This document shows positions 1 through 12,740 of a stretch of 64,000 nt of DNA, piece by piece. How positions within the stretch are numbered: position 1 is the stretch's first letter; each line of letters opens with the position of its first letter. Location: the NCBI GenBank assembly GCA_965218295.1, contig CBDCKN010000013.1:448001-512000 (forward strand). Direction: 5' to 3'. Under the pieces are notes generated by a model, which was not told where the DNA came from, did not search any database, and worked only from the letters and a program-made list of their open reading frames with translations. The position numbers and the translations under genes were made by a program. Source of the DNA: Longimicrobiales bacterium (GTDB lineage Bacteria > Gemmatimonadota > Gemmatimonadetes > Longimicrobiales > Gaopeijiaceae).

Positions 1-551
1 TGCCCTGGCCAGCCGGCTGATCCAGCAGAGTTGCTTGAAGCATGGCGTCCAGCCCCACCTCCTGACCCTGCATTCCGATCGAGGGGCTCCGATGACGAGC
101 CAATGCACGGCTCAACTACTCGCCGATCTCGGCGTGACCCGCTCGTTGGGCCGACCCCAGGTCTCGGATGACAATCCGTTCTCCGAGGCTCAGTTCAAGA
201 CCTTGAAGTACCATCCCTCGTTTCCCGGCCGGTTCGGGGATCAGGGGCAAGCCAAGACCTTCTGTCGCTCGTTCTTCCGTTGGTATAATGCCGAGCACCG
301 CCATGGCGGCATCTCGATGCTGACCCCCGAACAGGTCCACTTCGGTCACGCCGATCGGATCATCGCCTGCAGGAAGGCCGTGCTCCGTGAGGCATGGGCC
401 GCTCATCCCGAGCGCTTCGTCTCCGGTGAGCCGAAGCCTAAACCACTCCCGGAGGCCGTCTGGATCAATCCTCCCACCCCATCCCTCACTACACAGGAGA
501 TTGCTCTCTAATTGATTTCCAAGAGTGTCTCACTGGCGTTGACAGGTTCCG
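1..551 (+). mobile_element. IS3-family element, copy 0 (right part only; cut by window edge)
   Basis: Matches the 3' part of the element at 18713-20279. Ends ...GTGTCTCACTGGCGTTGACA (544) followed by GGTTCCG. Confidence 0.95.
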
Positions 552-776
552 CACCACCGCTTCGTCTGTCGCGGTTGCTAATTGCTCCTCCAGCAGCGCG
601 GCTACATCGGCTACGCTCGTCTGTCCATCGCAGCACCGCCAGACCAGGGCCGCCGTGCGATTCAGGCAACGGGCCTTGTGACGCTTCAGGTCGTATACCA
701 GGGTTTCGTCCTGTAGCTCTTCGACAACCAGCTCGTCTTGCCTCGCGCGCGGCATCAGCGCTCTTGTCGTTCCCAT
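552..776 (-). pseudogene. PqqD/RRE-family peptide chaperone, interrupted by the IS
   Basis: 'ELVVEELQDETLVYDLKRHKARCLNRTAALVWRCCDGQTSVADVA' is a PqqD-like pattern. The frame runs into the IS end at 551. Confidence 0.75.
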
Positions 777-871
777 AGGTACCTAACTCCAAATCGCTGG
801 CGCGTGTTGACACCATAACCATTCACCATTCATGCGATGCGCACAAGCCACAACTCGTCCCAAGCTACCTT

Positions 872-1714
872 TCACGAACCTCGGCCCGCCTGTTCCGCTA
901 GCCGGCCTAAGAGGGCTTCAGCGATTTCGGCGGCCTCACCACGCGCCCCCTTTAGCACCATCGCCTCGGCCGTGGCCGAACGCAGCGTCGCGAAGGCCCG
1001 CTCCGGATCGTGTCTGGCGGAAACGGTGTGGGCCAAGAGTTCCATCACCGCCCGCCCCGGCGAAAGCGGGCGCGGTCGCCACCGCGCACCCTCCCGGTAG
1101 CTTGTCGCGACTACCAAACCTACTGGGAGCGGTCTGACGCCGGTTGTCCCCCCCAGAGCTTCCGGGAGGATCTTCTTCGGGCGTCCGCCCCCGTTCTCCC
1201 GTATCGACATAGGCTTCAGATAGGGATGCACCCGACCACGCTCATCCAAAACGGCGTACTCATCTGAGTAATACGTCGCACCGGCCCTTACCAGGGCCCT
1301 GACCAGGGTCGTCTTGCCGCTCATAGTACGCCCTGGGATGACGATTGCCCTGCCACGCCAGCCCACGACGCCGGCATGGACGAACACCCTGCGGCGGGCC
1401 CGTTCCACGACGTATAGCTGCAGGTCCCTTTCGAGGGCTTCCAGCACCTGGTCCGTGTCCTTCGTTCGTGCCAGCTGTACCACGTCCGCATATAGAATAT
1501 TGAAACGGCGAATGTTGGAGCCGACCTTGGTTCCGCTGACTATCAGCGAATACAGACATCCGACGCGGGACCCGCGAGCTGGCTTGGTATGTGGTGGAAG
1601 CACTCCTTCAATCCGATCCATGATCTCCGGGCTACTCACTCGGATCCCGATGCGTAACCCGTAGGAGACGAACGCGATCCCTGCCGCCCACCCGAGGCGG
1701 TCTAGCTGCTTCAC
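872..1714 (-). CDS. HPr kinase-related P-loop kinase
   Basis: 'VFVHAGVV...IPGRTMSGKTTL...YYSDEY' matches the HprK-type H-A/G, Walker A and SD(D/E) motifs. GTG start. Confidence 0.8.
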   Translation of the reverse strand: MKQLDRLGWAAGIAFVSYGLRIGIRVSSPEIMDRIEGVLPPHTKPARGSRVGCLYSLIVSGTKVGSNIRRFNILYADVVQLARTKDTDQVLEALERDLQLYVVERARRRVFVHAGVVGWRGRAIVIPGRTMSGKTTLVRALVRAGATYYSDEYAVLDERGRVHPYLKPMSIRENGGGRPKKILPEALGGTTGVRPLPVGLVVATSYREGARWRPRPLSPGRAVMELLAHTVSARHDPERAFATLRSATAEAMVLKGARGEAAEIAEALLGRLAEQAGRGS

Positions 1715-1965
1715 TCAGGTGGACCCCGGCACCAACACCATCTCGTCGACGTCGCACATCTGCGGTGGAGATCCTCTGTGCTGTTTCATTGGGCAATTAC
1801 ACCACCGCGATTGACGAGCCGATCGCAGCGCCATTAGAAGGCCGGCGCGACACTGTAAGTCAATGCATCATAACAAGTTCAGTCAGAAGGAACCAGTCGC
1901 CCCAGCACCCTGAAAGCCCGTTCGTACAGCACGTCCTAACCACACTGGACGCCCGATCACACCGC

Positions 1966-2005
1966 AAAAATTATGAGGGGGAGTGCCCATCGGGCACTCC
2001 CCCTC
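1966..2005 (-). terminator. Intrinsic terminator downstream of rpoC
   Basis: Perfect 14-bp stem GAGGGGGAGTGCCC/GGGCACTCCCCCTC with a 3-nt loop, followed by ATAATTTTT on the minus strand. Confidence 0.8.
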
Positions 2006-2024
2006 GCTCACTCAACCGGCTTGC

Positions 2025-2115
2025 CGAAGCGGGTCGTCGGTTCCCCGGAGCGACGATCTGCGGCGAAGCCGTAGAGCGAAGCGTCGGCGCGCAGGGGAGC
2101 CGACGACCCGCTTCG
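2025..2115. repeat. Long hairpin element D (REP/MITE-like), 2 bp after the rpoC stop
   Basis: 22-nt arms with 21/22 complementarity. The loop contains GCGAAGC mini-hairpins and motifs shared with the element at 12598-12690. Confidence 0.7.
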
Positions 2116-2117
2116 AC

Positions 2118-5100
2118 CTAGTCCGCAGTAACCTCCTCCAGCCCGATCAGCTCGCCCGGATCCACCAACGGAAGAATCTCCTCCTCGTAGAACGATTGCT
2201 CGACCATGAACTCCACGTCCTGATACCGATGGACACCGGTTCCGGCTGGGATGAGGTGACCGATGATGATGTTCTCCTTGAGCCCCTTCAGGTCGTCCCT
2301 GGCGCCCCGGACCGCGGCGTCCGTAAGCACGCGGGTCGTCTCCTGGAAGGAGGCGGCCGAGATGAAAGACTCGGTCGTGAGGCTCGCCTTGGTGATCCCC
2401 AGCAGCAGCGGCTCGGAGCGAGCCGGCTTCTTGCCGTCTTTGATCGACTTTCGGTTCACCTCGCGGAATTCGACCCGGTCGACGTTTTCCCCTTCCAGCA
2501 GCGCCGTCTCACCGGGATCGGTGATGCGGACCTTCTGGAGCATCTGCCGGACGATCACACCGATGTGCTTGTCGTTGATCTTCACGCCCTGCAGTCGGTA
2601 CACCTCCTGGATCTCGTTGAGCAGGTACTCCTGCACGGCACGGGGCCCACGGATCTTCAGGATGTCGTGCGGGTTGATGGGACCCTCGGACAGACGGTCA
2701 CCCGCCCGCACCCGGTCACCCTCGTGCACCCGCATGTGCTTGCCGACGGGCACCGGGTAAGCCCTCTCGTCCTCCTCCCCGGTGTCCGGCGTCACGATGA
2801 CTTCGCGCTTGCCTCGCTTGATGTCGCCGAAACGTACGTCGCCATCGATCTCCGTGATGACCGCCGGATCCTTCGGGCGACGCGCCTCGAAGAGCTCGGC
2901 AACGCGCGGCAGACCCCCAGTGATGTCTCGGGTCTTATACACCTCGCGGCTGATCTTGGCGATGGTGTCGCCGGGGTTGACCGCCTCACCGTCCCGGACC
3001 GTGAGCTGGGCGCCCATCGGGATGATGAACTCCCGGAGCTTCTCGGCCTTCTTCGTGCTCTTCCGAATCTGGATATTCGGGTGCAGCTTCTTGTCGCGAT
3101 CCTCGATGATCGTCATCTGGCGACGACCCGTGGACTCGTCCAGCTCCTCCCTCATGGTCTGCTCGTCGACGATGTCGATGAACTTCACGACCCCGCCGGA
3201 GTCGGCCACGATGGGCTCGGAATACGGATCCCAGCTGAAGAGCACGTCTCCGGACTCGATCACCTGCCCCTCTTCAGCCGCAAGCGTCGCGCCGTACGGC
3301 ACGCTCAGGCGACTACGGACCTGGCCCTCCGCCGTCTTGAGCAGGATCTGCCCCTCGCGTGAGGTCACGATCAGCTCGTCGTTGGGCGTAAGAACCGTGG
3401 TGACGCGCTCGAGAGACGCCACGCCGTCGATCTTCGAGCGACGCTGCGTCTGAGCCGCGATCCTGGCCGCCGTTCCTCCGATGTGGAACGTCCGCAGCGT
3501 GAGCTGCGTCCCGGGCTCACCGATCGACTGGGCCGCCAGAATCCCGACGGCCTCGCCGATGTCCACCAGCTGCATGGTGGCCAGGTTCCGGCCATAGCAC
3601 ATGTGGCAGAGGCCCCTCTTGGACTCACACGTCAGCACGGACCGGATCTTCACGACCTGAATCCCTGCGGCTTCGATGGCGTCCGCGGTCTCCTCTTCGA
3701 TGAGATGGCCGGCCTGGACCAGCAACTCTCCGTCGATGGGATCGTAGACGTCCTCGAGGGCCACGTTGCTCACGATTCGGTCCATGAGAGGCTCGATGAT
3801 GTCCTCACCCTCCTTGAGGGCGGTCATCTCGAGGCCGAGGATGGTACCGCAGTCTTCCCCGGTGATGGTCACGTCCTGGGCGACGTCGACGAGGCGGCGC
3901 GTGAGATACCCTGCGTCCGCCGTCTTCAGCGCCGTGTCGGCGAGACCCTTCCGCGCTCCGTGGGTCGAGATGAAGTACTCCACCACCGACAGCCCCTCGC
4001 GGAAGTTGGACTTGATGGGGCTCTCGATGATCTCGCCGATGCCACCGGTGAGCTTCTTTTGGGGCTTGGCCATGAGGCCACGCATCCCGGCGAGCTGCCG
4101 CATCTGGTCGCGGTTACCCCGCGCCCCGGAGGTCATCATCATGTAGACGGGGTTGAAGCCATCCTGAGAACGCTCCAGCCGCTTGACCATGGCGTCGGCT
4201 ACGTCGTTGTTGGCGTGGGTCCAGGTGTCGATGACCTTGTTGTACCGCTCACCGTTGGAGATGTAGCCGCTGGAGTACGCCTTCTGGAAGCGCGTGACCT
4301 GCTCGCTGGCTTCGTCCAGGATCTCCAGCTTCTCCTCCGGCACCTCGAGGTCGGCGATACCCACGCTGACCCCACCTATGGTGGCGTACCGGAAGCCGAA
4401 GTCCTTCAGATAGTCCAGGAACTCAGTCGTACGGCTCAGCCCCACGGTGGTGAAACTGTCGAAGATGAGGTCTCCCAACTCCTTCTTGCCGAACGTCTGG
4501 TTGAAGAAGCCCAGCTCCGCCGGGATGATGGAGTTGAACAGCACGCGTCCCGCCGTGCACCTGAGCCACTTGCCATCGTGGTCTCCGTCCTCCTCGGGAT
4601 GCTTCGGCACCCAGTACCAGCACGGGCTGTTGAACCGGAGCCAACCGCTCTCCAGCCCCATCTCCACCTCTCCGAACGTGGAGAAGTGGGGAACGTCGGC
4701 GTAGATCTGGTCAAGGCCCTCTTCGGCAGCGGCCCGAGCGTTCTTGGGCGCCTTGCTGTTGTACGCCACCTCCTCCAGGTCCGAGATCTCCAGGGCCGGC
4801 TTGGTGAGGTAGTACCCACCGATGACCATGTCCTGGGACGGCGCCGTGACCGGCCGGCCGTTGGATGGCAGCAGGATGTTGTTGCTCGATAGCATGAGCA
4901 CCCGCGCCTCGAGCTGCGCCTCGAACGACAGAGGTACGTGAACCGCCATCTGGTCCCCGTCGAAGTCGGCGTTGAACGCCGCGCACACGAGCGGGTGGAT
5001 CCGGATGGCCTTCCCCTCCACGAGCACGGGCTCGAACGCCTGGATGCCCAGCCGGTGGAGCGTCGGGGCCCGGTTCAGCAGCACTGGGTGGTCTTTGATG

Positions 5101-6413
5101 ATGTCCTCGAGGACTTCATAGACCTTCGGATCGTCACGCTCGACGATCTTCTTGGCTCTCTTGACCGTCTCGGCCTCGCCCCGCTTCTCGAGCTCGTGGA
5201 TGATGAACGGCTTGAACAGCTCCACGGCCATGGCCTTGGGCAGGCCGCACTGGTGCAGTTTGAGCTCGGGACCGACCACGATGACCGAGCGACCGGAGTA
5301 GTCCACCCGCTTCCCGAGCAGGTTCTGGCGGAAGCGTCCCTGCTTGCCCTTGAGCATGTCGGACAGTGACTTGAGGGGACGCTTGCCCCGACCGCGAATG
5401 GCCTTCGAACGACGCCCGTTGTCGAAGAGCGCGTCGACGGCCTCCTGAAGCATGCGCTTCTCATTCCGGAGGATGACCTCCGGGGCGCGCATGTCGATGA
5501 GCTTCTTGAGCCGGTTGTTCCGGTTGATGACCCGACGGTACAGGTCGTTCAGGTCGGAGGTGGCGAACCGTCCTCCGTCCAGCGGAACCAGAGGCCGAAG
5601 GTCGGGCGGAATCACCGGAATCACATCCATGACCATCCACTCGGGCCGGTTCCGTTGGCCCACGCTGCCGCCCGAGTTGCGTAAGGCGTCGACCACCTTG
5701 AGCCGCTTCAGCTTCTTCTTCTTGCGGTGCTGTGACGTCTCAGTGGCGATCTCGATCCGCAGCCAAAGTGCCAGGCGATCGAGGCCCTTGCCGTCGGAGT
5801 TGCGATCGTTGATCCGGCGCTCCGGGCTGTCGAGCATCTTGAGAAGCGTGCGAACCGCCTCGGCACCGATCTCGGCCTTGAACCTCTCGTCGCCCTTGTC
5901 TCGCGACTTCACCCGCAGATCGTAGTACTCGTCCTCGTCCAGGAGCTCGAGGAACTCGACATCCTGCTTGCCGGGGTGCGTCACCACGTACGAGGCGTAG
6001 TAGATCACCTTCTCCAGATCCCGCAGCGTCATCCCGACCAGGTACCCCAGCTGGCTGGGTAGCGTCTTGAAGAACCAGATGTGACAGATGGGCACTGCCA
6101 ACTCGATGTGGCCCATGCGCTCGCGGCGAACCTTGGAGAGCGTGACCTCGACCCCGCAGCGATCACAGACGTGTCCCCGGAACCGGATCCGCTTGAACTT
6201 CCCGCAGTGACACTCCCAGTCCTTCACCGGACCGAAGATGCGCTCACAGAACAGTCCGTCCCGCTCCGGCTTGAAGGACCGGTAGTTGATGGTCTCGGGC
6301 TTCGTCACCTCACCGAACGACCAGGAGCGGATCTCCTCGGGAGAGGCGATTCTGATCTGGATGAAGTCGAAGTCCGCGGAGCGCTGCTCGCTCGACCTGG
6401 GAAAATCGATCAT
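2118..6413 (-). CDS. rpoC: RNA polymerase beta' subunit
   Basis: NADFDGD catalytic motif, N-terminal Zn finger, 'SAASFQETT'; 1431 aa. Confidence 0.99.
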   Translation of the reverse strand: MIDFPRSSEQRSADFDFIQIRIASPEEIRSWSFGEVTKPETINYRSFKPERDGLFCERIFGPVKDWECHCGKFKRIRFRGHVCDRCGVEVTLSKVRRERMGHIELAVPICHIWFFKTLPSQLGYLVGMTLRDLEKVIYYASYVVTHPGKQDVEFLELLDEDEYYDLRVKSRDKGDERFKAEIGAEAVRTLLKMLDSPERRINDRNSDGKGLDRLALWLRIEIATETSQHRKKKKLKRLKVVDALRNSGGSVGQRNRPEWMVMDVIPVIPPDLRPLVPLDGGRFATSDLNDLYRRVINRNNRLKKLIDMRAPEVILRNEKRMLQEAVDALFDNGRRSKAIRGRGKRPLKSLSDMLKGKQGRFRQNLLGKRVDYSGRSVIVVGPELKLHQCGLPKAMAVELFKPFIIHELEKRGEAETVKRAKKIVERDDPKVYEVLEDIIKDHPVLLNRAPTLHRLGIQAFEPVLVEGKAIRIHPLVCAAFNADFDGDQMAVHVPLSFEAQLEARVLMLSSNNILLPSNGRPVTAPSQDMVIGGYYLTKPALEISDLEEVAYNSKAPKNARAAAEEGLDQIYADVPHFSTFGEVEMGLESGWLRFNSPCWYWVPKHPEEDGDHDGKWLRCTAGRVLFNSIIPAELGFFNQTFGKKELGDLIFDSFTTVGLSRTTEFLDYLKDFGFRYATIGGVSVGIADLEVPEEKLEILDEASEQVTRFQKAYSSGYISNGERYNKVIDTWTHANNDVADAMVKRLERSQDGFNPVYMMMTSGARGNRDQMRQLAGMRGLMAKPQKKLTGGIGEIIESPIKSNFREGLSVVEYFISTHGARKGLADTALKTADAGYLTRRLVDVAQDVTITGEDCGTILGLEMTALKEGEDIIEPLMDRIVSNVALEDVYDPIDGELLVQAGHLIEEETADAIEAAGIQVVKIRSVLTCESKRGLCHMCYGRNLATMQLVDIGEAVGILAAQSIGEPGTQLTLRTFHIGGTAARIAAQTQRRSKIDGVASLERVTTVLTPNDELIVTSREGQILLKTAEGQVRSRLSVPYGATLAAEEGQVIESGDVLFSWDPYSEPIVADSGGVVKFIDIVDEQTMREELDESTGRRQMTIIEDRDKKLHPNIQIRKSTKKAEKLREFIIPMGAQLTVRDGEAVNPGDTIAKISREVYKTRDITGGLPRVAELFEARRPKDPAVITEIDGDVRFGDIKRGKREVIVTPDTGEEDERAYPVPVGKHMRVHEGDRVRAGDRLSEGPINPHDILKIRGPRAVQEYLLNEIQEVYRLQGVKINDKHIGVIVRQMLQKVRITDPGETALLEGENVDRVEFREVNRKSIKDGKKPARSEPLLLGITKASLTTESFISAASFQETTRVLTDAAVRGARDDLKGLKENIIIGHLIPAGTGVHRYQDVEFMVEQSFYEEEILPLVDPGELIGLEEVTAD

Positions 6414-6416
6414 CGT

Positions 6417-9400
6417 CTATTCCTCCTGGCCGAGGGTTACGCTCAGGCCGAGGGCCTGCAGTTCTTTTACAAGCACGTTGAATGACTCCGGAATCCCAGG
6501 TTGGGGCAAGTTGTCTCCCTTCACGACGGCCTCGTAGACCTTCGAGCGGCCCGCCACGTCGTCAGACTTCACAGTGAGGATCTCCTGGAGCGTGTGTGCG
6601 GCGCCGTACGCCTCCAGCGCCCAAACCTCCATCTCCCCGAATCGCTGGCCGCCGAACTGGGCCTTGCCGGCCAGCGGCTGCTGCGTCACCAAGGAATAAG
6701 GTCCGATGCTCCGGGCGTGGATCTTGTCATCCACCAGGTGGCTGAGCTTCAGCATGTAGATCATGCCGACGGTGACGGGGAAGTCGAACTGCCGCCCGCT
6801 GCGTCCGTCCCTCAGGAACACCTTTCCGTTGGGCAGGATGCTCGCCGATTCCATGATCTCGAGGGCGGCTGCGTCGAGTCCCTCGTCCAGCTTCTGCTTC
6901 CGATTGAGGTGCGCGATGGCGGGGAACTCCTCCGAGAACGTTCCGTCCCGGCGCTCGGCCAACTCCTTCCCCGCTTCGACCAGGTAGTGCCTGAGCGCAT
7001 CGAAGAAGACGGCCTGCGACTTCGAGAACTTGAGCTTCAGGTAGGCGTCCAAAGTCCGTCCGATCCCGCTCTTGGAAGAGCCTACATCGTTCCCGTTGCC
7101 GTGGGCCCGGACCTCCCTCGCGGGTAGGTCATGGGCCAGGTCGATGAGCCCGATCGTGGACTCGGCGTCGAGGGCCGGCATCTCCGCCTTGATGTCGAGG
7201 CGCTGATGGGCCCACCGGAGACCTGCGACCTTGAGAAGAAGGCCCACCTCGTCCTCGGAAGCCCCGTGGAAGACGGGCGTCTTGGCCTCGAATCCCAGGA
7301 CACGGGCCGCCCACCCCAGGTGCGTCTCCAGGACCTGTCCCACATTCATGCGCGAGGGCACGCCCAACGGGTTGAGCACGATCTCGACGGGCGTCCCGTC
7401 GGGAAGGAACGGCATATCCTCCTCGGGAGCGATCCGAGCGATGATGCCCTTGTTCCCATGCCGCCCGGCCATCTTGTCGCCTACGGAGATCTTCCGCTTC
7501 TCGGCGATGTAGACCTTTGCGAGCTGGACCACGCCCGGCGGCAGCTCGTCGGGCTGGAAGACCTTGTCGATCTGTTCCTCGGTCTTCCCCTTCACCCGCT
7601 CGATCCGGTTCTTGGCCTCGTCGACCACGCGCCGGACGCGCCCGCTTGCCTCCTTGCTCTTCACCTTGAGGGTGTTCAGGTCGAGCTTATTGAACTGCAA
7701 CCCCTCCAAGATCTCCCTCGTGAGCTTCGTGCGGTCTTCGAAGTACGGCTCAACGGTCCCTTTCTTGAGGGCCAGGGCCACGGTGTTCAGGTGGAGGATC
7801 TCACGTAGCTCTTCATCCCGAGCGGCGCTGGTGCGACTGATCTCCTCCCGCTCCTGCTGGCGAAGCTCACCGATCCGTGCCCCGTGCTCCTTCTCGAGAA
7901 GGGGATCGTCGATGCGTCGCGAGAAGATCTTCACGTCGATGACAGTGCCGCTCATTCCCGGAGGAACGCGCAGGGACGAGTCCTTCACGTCCTTGGCCTT
8001 CTCACCGAAGATGGCCGTCAGGAGCTTCTCCTCAGGCGAGAGCTCGGTCTCACCCTTGGGCGTGATCTTGCCCACCAGGATGTCACCACTCGTCAGGCGA
8101 GCGCCGGTCCGGACGATTCCACGCTCGTCCAGATCGACCAGGCTCTCCTCGGCCACGTTCGGGATTTCGCGGGTGATCTCCTCCATCCCGCGCTTCGTGT
8201 CCCTGACGTGCAACTCGAGCTCCTGAATGTGGATAGACGTGAACACGTCCTCCTTCACCAGCTTCTCGCTGATGACGATGGCGTCCTCGTAGTTGTATCC
8301 GTACCAGGGCATGAAGGAGACGAGCACGTTGCGGCCCAGCGCCAGCTCCCCATTGTCCGTTGAAGGCCCGTCGGCGATGATGTCGCCGGGCTGGATCTCC
8401 TGGCCGTCCTCCACCAGGGGACGCTGGTTGATGGCCGTGTCCTGGTTGGTGCGCCAGAACTTCTTGAGACGGTAGCGATCGTACTGGGCCAGCTTGGCCA
8501 GTGGCTGTTCGGTCTTGCCAGGCGTCACGGAGCCGGTGTCGATGACGATCTCTTCGGCCGTCACGTGGGCGACTCGTCCCCCGCGGCGGGCCGTGATGAC
8601 CGCACCCGAGTCCCTGGCCACCTTGAACTCGAGGCCGGTACCCACCAACGGTGCGTCCGTGTAGAGGAGCGGCACAGCCTGGCGCTGCATGTTCGAGCCC
8701 ATGAGCGCTCGGTTGGCATCGTCGTGTTCGAGGAACGGGATCAACGCGGCGGCCACGGACACGAGCTGGTCGGGCGCCACGTCCATATAGTCGATGACCC
8801 CGGGCCGGAGCAGCGGGAAGTCTCCCCGCTCCCGGCAGAGGACGAACTCATTGACGAATTTTCCCCTGTCGTCCAGCGGCGCGTTGGCCTGGGCGATCCG
8901 CGACTCTTCCTCTTCGTTGGCCGAAAGCCACTCGATCTGGTTGGTGACCTTGCCCTTCTGCACCTTACGGTACGGAGTCTCGACGAAGCCCAGCTCGTTG
9001 ATCCGGCTGTACGTCGTGAGGGAGGTGATGAGTCCGATGTTGGGACCCTCGGGGGTCTCGATGGGGCACATGCGCCCGTAGTGGGAGTAGTGCACGTCCC
9101 GGACCTCGAAGCCGGCGCGCTCCCGCGTGAGGCCGCCGGGCCCCAGGGCGGATAGGCGCCGCTTGTGCGTCAGCTCGGCCAGCGGGTTCGTCTGGTCCAT
9201 GAACTGACTGAGCTGAGAAGATCCGAAGAAGGCCTGGATGACGGCCGAGACCGTCCGGGCGTTCACCAGGTCGTCGATGTTGACCTTCTCCGGATCCGTG
9301 TTGATGGACATGCGCTCTTTGACGAGCCGCGCCATCCGGGAGAGCCCCACCGAGAACTGGTTCGCGATGAGCTCACCCACAGTCCTGACCCGTCGGTTGC

Positions 9401-10610
9401 CGAGATGGTCGATGTCGTCGGTGCTCCCGCGGCCCTCACTCAGCTCGATGAGGTACCGGAGAATCTCGATGAAGTCCTCTTTGTTGAGGACCGTCTCGTG
9501 GGCAGGCGCGTTGACGCCCAGGTGCTTGTTGATCTTGTAGCGGCCCACGCGGCCGAGATCATAGCGCTTGGGGTTGAAGAAGACGCGCTCCAGTGCCAAG
9601 CGGGCCGTCTCTATGTTGGGCGCGTCTCCGGGCCGCAAGAGCGAGTAGATGGCGTTGAGTGCCTCCTCCTCGCTGTCGGTCGGGTCCTTCCGGAGGGTGT
9701 TCTTCACAATGGGGCTTTCGCCACGACCCGAATCCCGTTCGCTGGCGTAGATCTTGATTCTCTTCCGGCCAGCCCTCTCCAGCCGCTCGGCCGCCTCTTC
9801 GTCGATCTCGGTGGCCTCTTCGACCAACACCTCACCGGTATCGCGATCGATGATCTCCTCGGCGATGACCGACCCGAGGATCTCCTTCAAGCCCTGCTTA
9901 TCGACTGTTCGGGGATCCACGTTCTTCGTCGTGAAGAAGATCTGGTAGATGTCCGAGTCCGTTCCGTAGCCGAACGCCCTCAGAAGCGCCGTGGCCGGGA
10001 ACTTCTTCTTTTTGTCGATGTGGACGTAGCAGATGTCGTTGATGTCGATCGTGAACTCGACCCACGACCCCCTGAACGGGATGATCCGGGCGCTGTGCAG
10101 CTTCGTCCCGTTGGGGTGGATGCTCTCCTCGAACACCACGCCGGGCGAGCGGTGCAGCTGGCTGACAACAACCCGCTCGGCGCCGTTGATGATGAAGGTA
10201 CCCAGCTCGGTGAGGAGGGGCAGGTCACCGAGATAGACCTCTTTCTCGATGATGTCGCCTGGGCGCTTTTCGCCCCCTTCCAGCTCCTCCCAGACGATGA
10301 GACGCAGCTTCGCCTTGAGAGGCGCGGCATACGTCGTGTCCCGCTCGATGCACTCCTCGACCGAGTACTTCGGCTCACCCAGTGAGGCAGTGACGTACTC
10401 GAGCGTGAAGTTCTCGTGCACGTCTGATATGGGGAAGATCTCCGCGAATACCCTGTCAAGTCCGAAATCCCACTGCTCCGTGGGATCCGCGTCCTGCTCC
10501 ACGAGCTTCTCGAAAGAGCGGAGCTGGACGTCCAACAGATTGGGCATCGGCATAACCGACTTGAGCTTCGCGAAGCTCACTACCGGACGATCATCTTTCC
10601 TAATATCCAA
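6417..10610 (-). CDS. rpoB: RNA polymerase beta subunit
   Basis: '[12 protein letters not shown]', 'SQLSQFMDQ', 'GGQRFGEME'; TTG start; 1397 aa. Confidence 0.99.
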   Translation of the reverse strand: MDIRKDDRPVVSFAKLKSVMPMPNLLDVQLRSFEKLVEQDADPTEQWDFGLDRVFAEIFPISDVHENFTLEYVTASLGEPKYSVEECIERDTTYAAPLKAKLRLIVWEELEGGEKRPGDIIEKEVYLGDLPLLTELGTFIINGAERVVVSQLHRSPGVVFEESIHPNGTKLHSARIIPFRGSWVEFTIDINDICYVHIDKKKKFPATALLRAFGYGTDSDIYQIFFTTKNVDPRTVDKQGLKEILGSVIAEEIIDRDTGEVLVEEATEIDEEAAERLERAGRKRIKIYASERDSGRGESPIVKNTLRKDPTDSEEEALNAIYSLLRPGDAPNIETARLALERVFFNPKRYDLGRVGRYKINKHLGVNAPAHETVLNKEDFIEILRYLIELSEGRGSTDDIDHLGNRRVRTVGELIANQFSVGLSRMARLVKERMSINTDPEKVNIDDLVNARTVSAVIQAFFGSSQLSQFMDQTNPLAELTHKRRLSALGPGGLTRERAGFEVRDVHYSHYGRMCPIETPEGPNIGLITSLTTYSRINELGFVETPYRKVQKGKVTNQIEWLSANEEEESRIAQANAPLDDRGKFVNEFVLCRERGDFPLLRPGVIDYMDVAPDQLVSVAAALIPFLEHDDANRALMGSNMQRQAVPLLYTDAPLVGTGLEFKVARDSGAVITARRGGRVAHVTAEEIVIDTGSVTPGKTEQPLAKLAQYDRYRLKKFWRTNQDTAINQRPLVEDGQEIQPGDIIADGPSTDNGELALGRNVLVSFMPWYGYNYEDAIVISEKLVKEDVFTSIHIQELELHVRDTKRGMEEITREIPNVAEESLVDLDERGIVRTGARLTSGDILVGKITPKGETELSPEEKLLTAIFGEKAKDVKDSSLRVPPGMSGTVIDVKIFSRRIDDPLLEKEHGARIGELRQQEREEISRTSAARDEELREILHLNTVALALKKGTVEPYFEDRTKLTREILEGLQFNKLDLNTLKVKSKEASGRVRRVVDEAKNRIERVKGKTEEQIDKVFQPDELPPGVVQLAKVYIAEKRKISVGDKMAGRHGNKGIIARIAPEEDMPFLPDGTPVEIVLNPLGVPSRMNVGQVLETHLGWAARVLGFEAKTPVFHGASEDEVGLLLKVAGLRWAHQRLDIKAEMPALDAESTIGLIDLAHDLPAREVRAHGNGNDVGSSKSGIGRTLDAYLKLKFSKSQAVFFDALRHYLVEAGKELAERRDGTFSEEFPAIAHLNRKQKLDEGLDAAALEIMESASILPNGKVFLRDGRSGRQFDFPVTVGMIYMLKLSHLVDDKIHARSIGPYSLVTQQPLAGKAQFGGQRFGEMEVWALEAYGAAHTLQEILTVKSDDVAGRSKVYEAVVKGDNLPQPGIPESFNVLVKELQALGLSVTLGQEE

Positions 10611-10815
10611 GGGTTTCCCCCTTTTCTGGCCTGAACCCCGAGGGGAGGCCGAGCGAGCACATGTTCGACAACGGATGAAGCGAACGAATCCCGGGGACGT
10701 ACGCGTATGTCTCCGGAGGCCGACGCGTGTTGGCCCTGCAGTGATGAACCCGAGATCTGGCGGGTCTCACTCGACGTCTCGCAGCCGGCCGAGAGGTAAC
10801 GTCACGGGGTGTGAC

Positions 10816-11193
10816 CTACCTCAGCGCAACGGCTGCGCCCTGTTCCTCCAGCTTCGCTTTGATCTGCTCAGCCTCGTCCTTCGTGACGGCCTCTCTGACG
10901 GTGCTCGGGGCTCCGTCGACGAGGTCCTTGGCTTCCTTCAGGCCCAGGCTAGTGACCTCGCGGACCACCTTGATGACCTGGATCTTCTTGTCGCCAATGC
11001 CTTCGAGCACAACGTCGAACTCGGTCTGCTCCTCGACAGCGTCCGCCCCGGTCGCGGGCCCGCCCGCGGCTGCCACGGGGGCGGCCAGGGCAGTGACGTT
11101 GAACTTGTCCTTGAACGCGTCGACGAACTCCGACAGCTCGAGGATAGTCATGTTGCCGATGGTCTCGAGAAGCTCTTCGTGGTTGGTAGCCAT
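10816..11193 (-). CDS. rplL: 50S ribosomal protein L7/L12
   Basis: '[10 protein letters not shown]...[10 protein letters not shown]...[11 protein letters not shown]'. Confidence 0.98.
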   Translation of the reverse strand: MATNHEELLETIGNMTILELSEFVDAFKDKFNVTALAAPVAAAGGPATGADAVEEQTEFDVVLEGIGDKKIQVIKVVREVTSLGLKEAKDLVDGAPSTVREAVTKDEAEQIKAKLEEQGAAVALR

Positions 11194-11296
11194 GATCGTG
11201 GCTCTCTCCTCAGTTCACCCGGCCTCGGGCCAGGGTTGGGCGTGAATTCCCGGTTGTCACCTTGTTTGCCAGGAGGCTCCTCCATGTACCAGGAGG

Positions 11297-11827
11297 CTAC
11301 TCCCCCTCCCTCTCCTTCTGCTGCTTGAGAGCATCCAGGAGACCGGACATCTCCTGAAGCTTGCTCTCCAGGGCGCTCGCCAGCGCAGCCATGGGCGCTT
11401 CGAGGGCTCCGGCCAGCTCGGCCAGGAGCTGCTCCCTAGGCGGTAGCTGAGCCAAACGGACGATCTCGTCGGCCGAAACCACCTTGTCGTCGAGGAGGCC
11501 GAGCTTGAAGACCGGCTTGTCGCCGTGCTCCTTGGCGAAGTCGCTGATGATCTTCGCGGGCTCGACGACCCCCCCGTAGCCCAACACGACCCCGGTGGGG
11601 CCTAGGAGGGCATCGGTAATGTCCGGTACCTGCAGCCCTTCGAGGGCGCGCTTGACCAGGCGGTTCTTCACCACCAGGTACTCGGCCCCGGAAGCCCGGA
11701 GGTTCTGCCGGAGGCTCGTCATGGACTTCACGTCTAGGCCGGTGAAGTCGGTGAGGTACATCACCGGAGCCTGTTCGACTTTCTCGCGGAAATCCACGAC
11801 GAAGCTTTCTTTTTCCGCACGGTTCAT
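11297..11827 (-). CDS. rplJ: 50S ribosomal protein L10
   Basis: 'LTDFTGLDV...LVVKNRL...GPT'; lies between rplA and rplL. Confidence 0.97.
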   Translation of the reverse strand: MNRAEKESFVVDFREKVEQAPVMYLTDFTGLDVKSMTSLRQNLRASGAEYLVVKNRLVKRALEGLQVPDITDALLGPTGVVLGYGGVVEPAKIISDFAKEHGDKPVFKLGLLDDKVVSADEIVRLAQLPPREQLLAELAGALEAPMAALASALESKLQEMSGLLDALKQQKEREGE

Positions 11828-12526
11828 CTATGGGCTCCGGCGAAACAGGTTGGGATCGATTGGGACGCCGGGTCCCATGGTGCTGGAGACCGTGATGCTC
11901 CTCACGTACGTGCCCTTGGACGCTGATGGCTTGGCCCGAACGATGGAGTCCATGATGGCGCCCAGGTTGTCCCGCAACTGATCGGGTGAGAACGAGACGC
12001 GGCCGATGGGCGCGTGCACGTTCCCGGTCTTGTCCACGCGGTACTCGATCTTCCCGCCCTTGATCTCCTTCACGGCACGACCGACGTCGAAGGTCACCGT
12101 TCCACCCTTGGGAGTCGGCATGAGTCCCCGGGGGCCGAGAATCCGACCGAGGGGCCCCACCTTGCCCATAAGATCCGGAGTGGCGACGCACACGTCGAAC
12201 TCCAACCACCCTTGTTGGATCTTGTCGACGTACTCGGTGCCCACATAGTCGGCACCGGCTTCCGCCGCCTCGGTCTCCTTCTCGCCCTGTGCGATCACCA
12301 ACACGCGAACAGTCTTACCCGTGCCGTGAGGAAGGACGACGGTGCCCCGCACGATCTGATCGGCCTTGCGGGGATCCACGTTCAAGCAAGTGGCGACCTC
12401 GACTGTCTCATCGAACTTGGCCGACGCCATATCCTTGACCATCTGGACCGCTTCGTCGGGCTTGAACTGGACGCCTACAGGCACTTTGGCCTTGGCGTCA
12501 CGGAATCTCTTACCGTGTTTTGGCAT
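11828..12526 (-). CDS. rplA: 50S ribosomal protein L1
   Basis: Start taken at MPKHGKRF. 'KFDETVE', '[11 protein letters not shown]', 'LGPRGLMP', 'SSTMGPG'. Confidence 0.98.
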   Translation of the reverse strand: MPKHGKRFRDAKAKVPVGVQFKPDEAVQMVKDMASAKFDETVEVATCLNVDPRKADQIVRGTVVLPHGTGKTVRVLVIAQGEKETEAAEAGADYVGTEYVDKIQQGWLEFDVCVATPDLMGKVGPLGRILGPRGLMPTPKGGTVTFDVGRAVKEIKGGKIEYRVDKTGNVHAPIGRVSFSPDQLRDNLGAIMDSIVRAKPSASKGTYVRSITVSSTMGPGVPIDPNLFRRSP

Positions 12527-12597
12527 GGCCCTGAGCCAGCTTGTTCGTCCTCCCACCCGTGGCGGCTCACATCGAGTGGTTCCGTGGACTTCTCCAG

Positions 12598-12690
12598 CAG
12601 GGGGCGCGTCGGGGATTTCCTCCTCGCTCCCTGCTGTTCGCTTCGCTCTCAGATGGTCGCTGCGGGAAAATCCCCGACGCACCCCCCCTG
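12598..12690. repeat. Long hairpin element C between rplK and rplA
   Basis: Arms GCGTCGGGGATTT/AAATCCCCGACGC plus G/C flanks. Loop CCTCGCT...CGCTTCGCTCTCAGATGGTCGCTGC. Confidence 0.7.
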
Positions 12691-12740
12691 AGAAGTCACT
12701 GCACAGCGTATTTGCTTCTAGACAGCGTTTCGCTTCTGTT

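Noticed and set aside
1983..11328. Long plus-strand ORFs antisense to rpoC/rpoB/rplL
   Set aside because: Typical shadow ORFs of high-GC3 genes, with no recognisable motifs.
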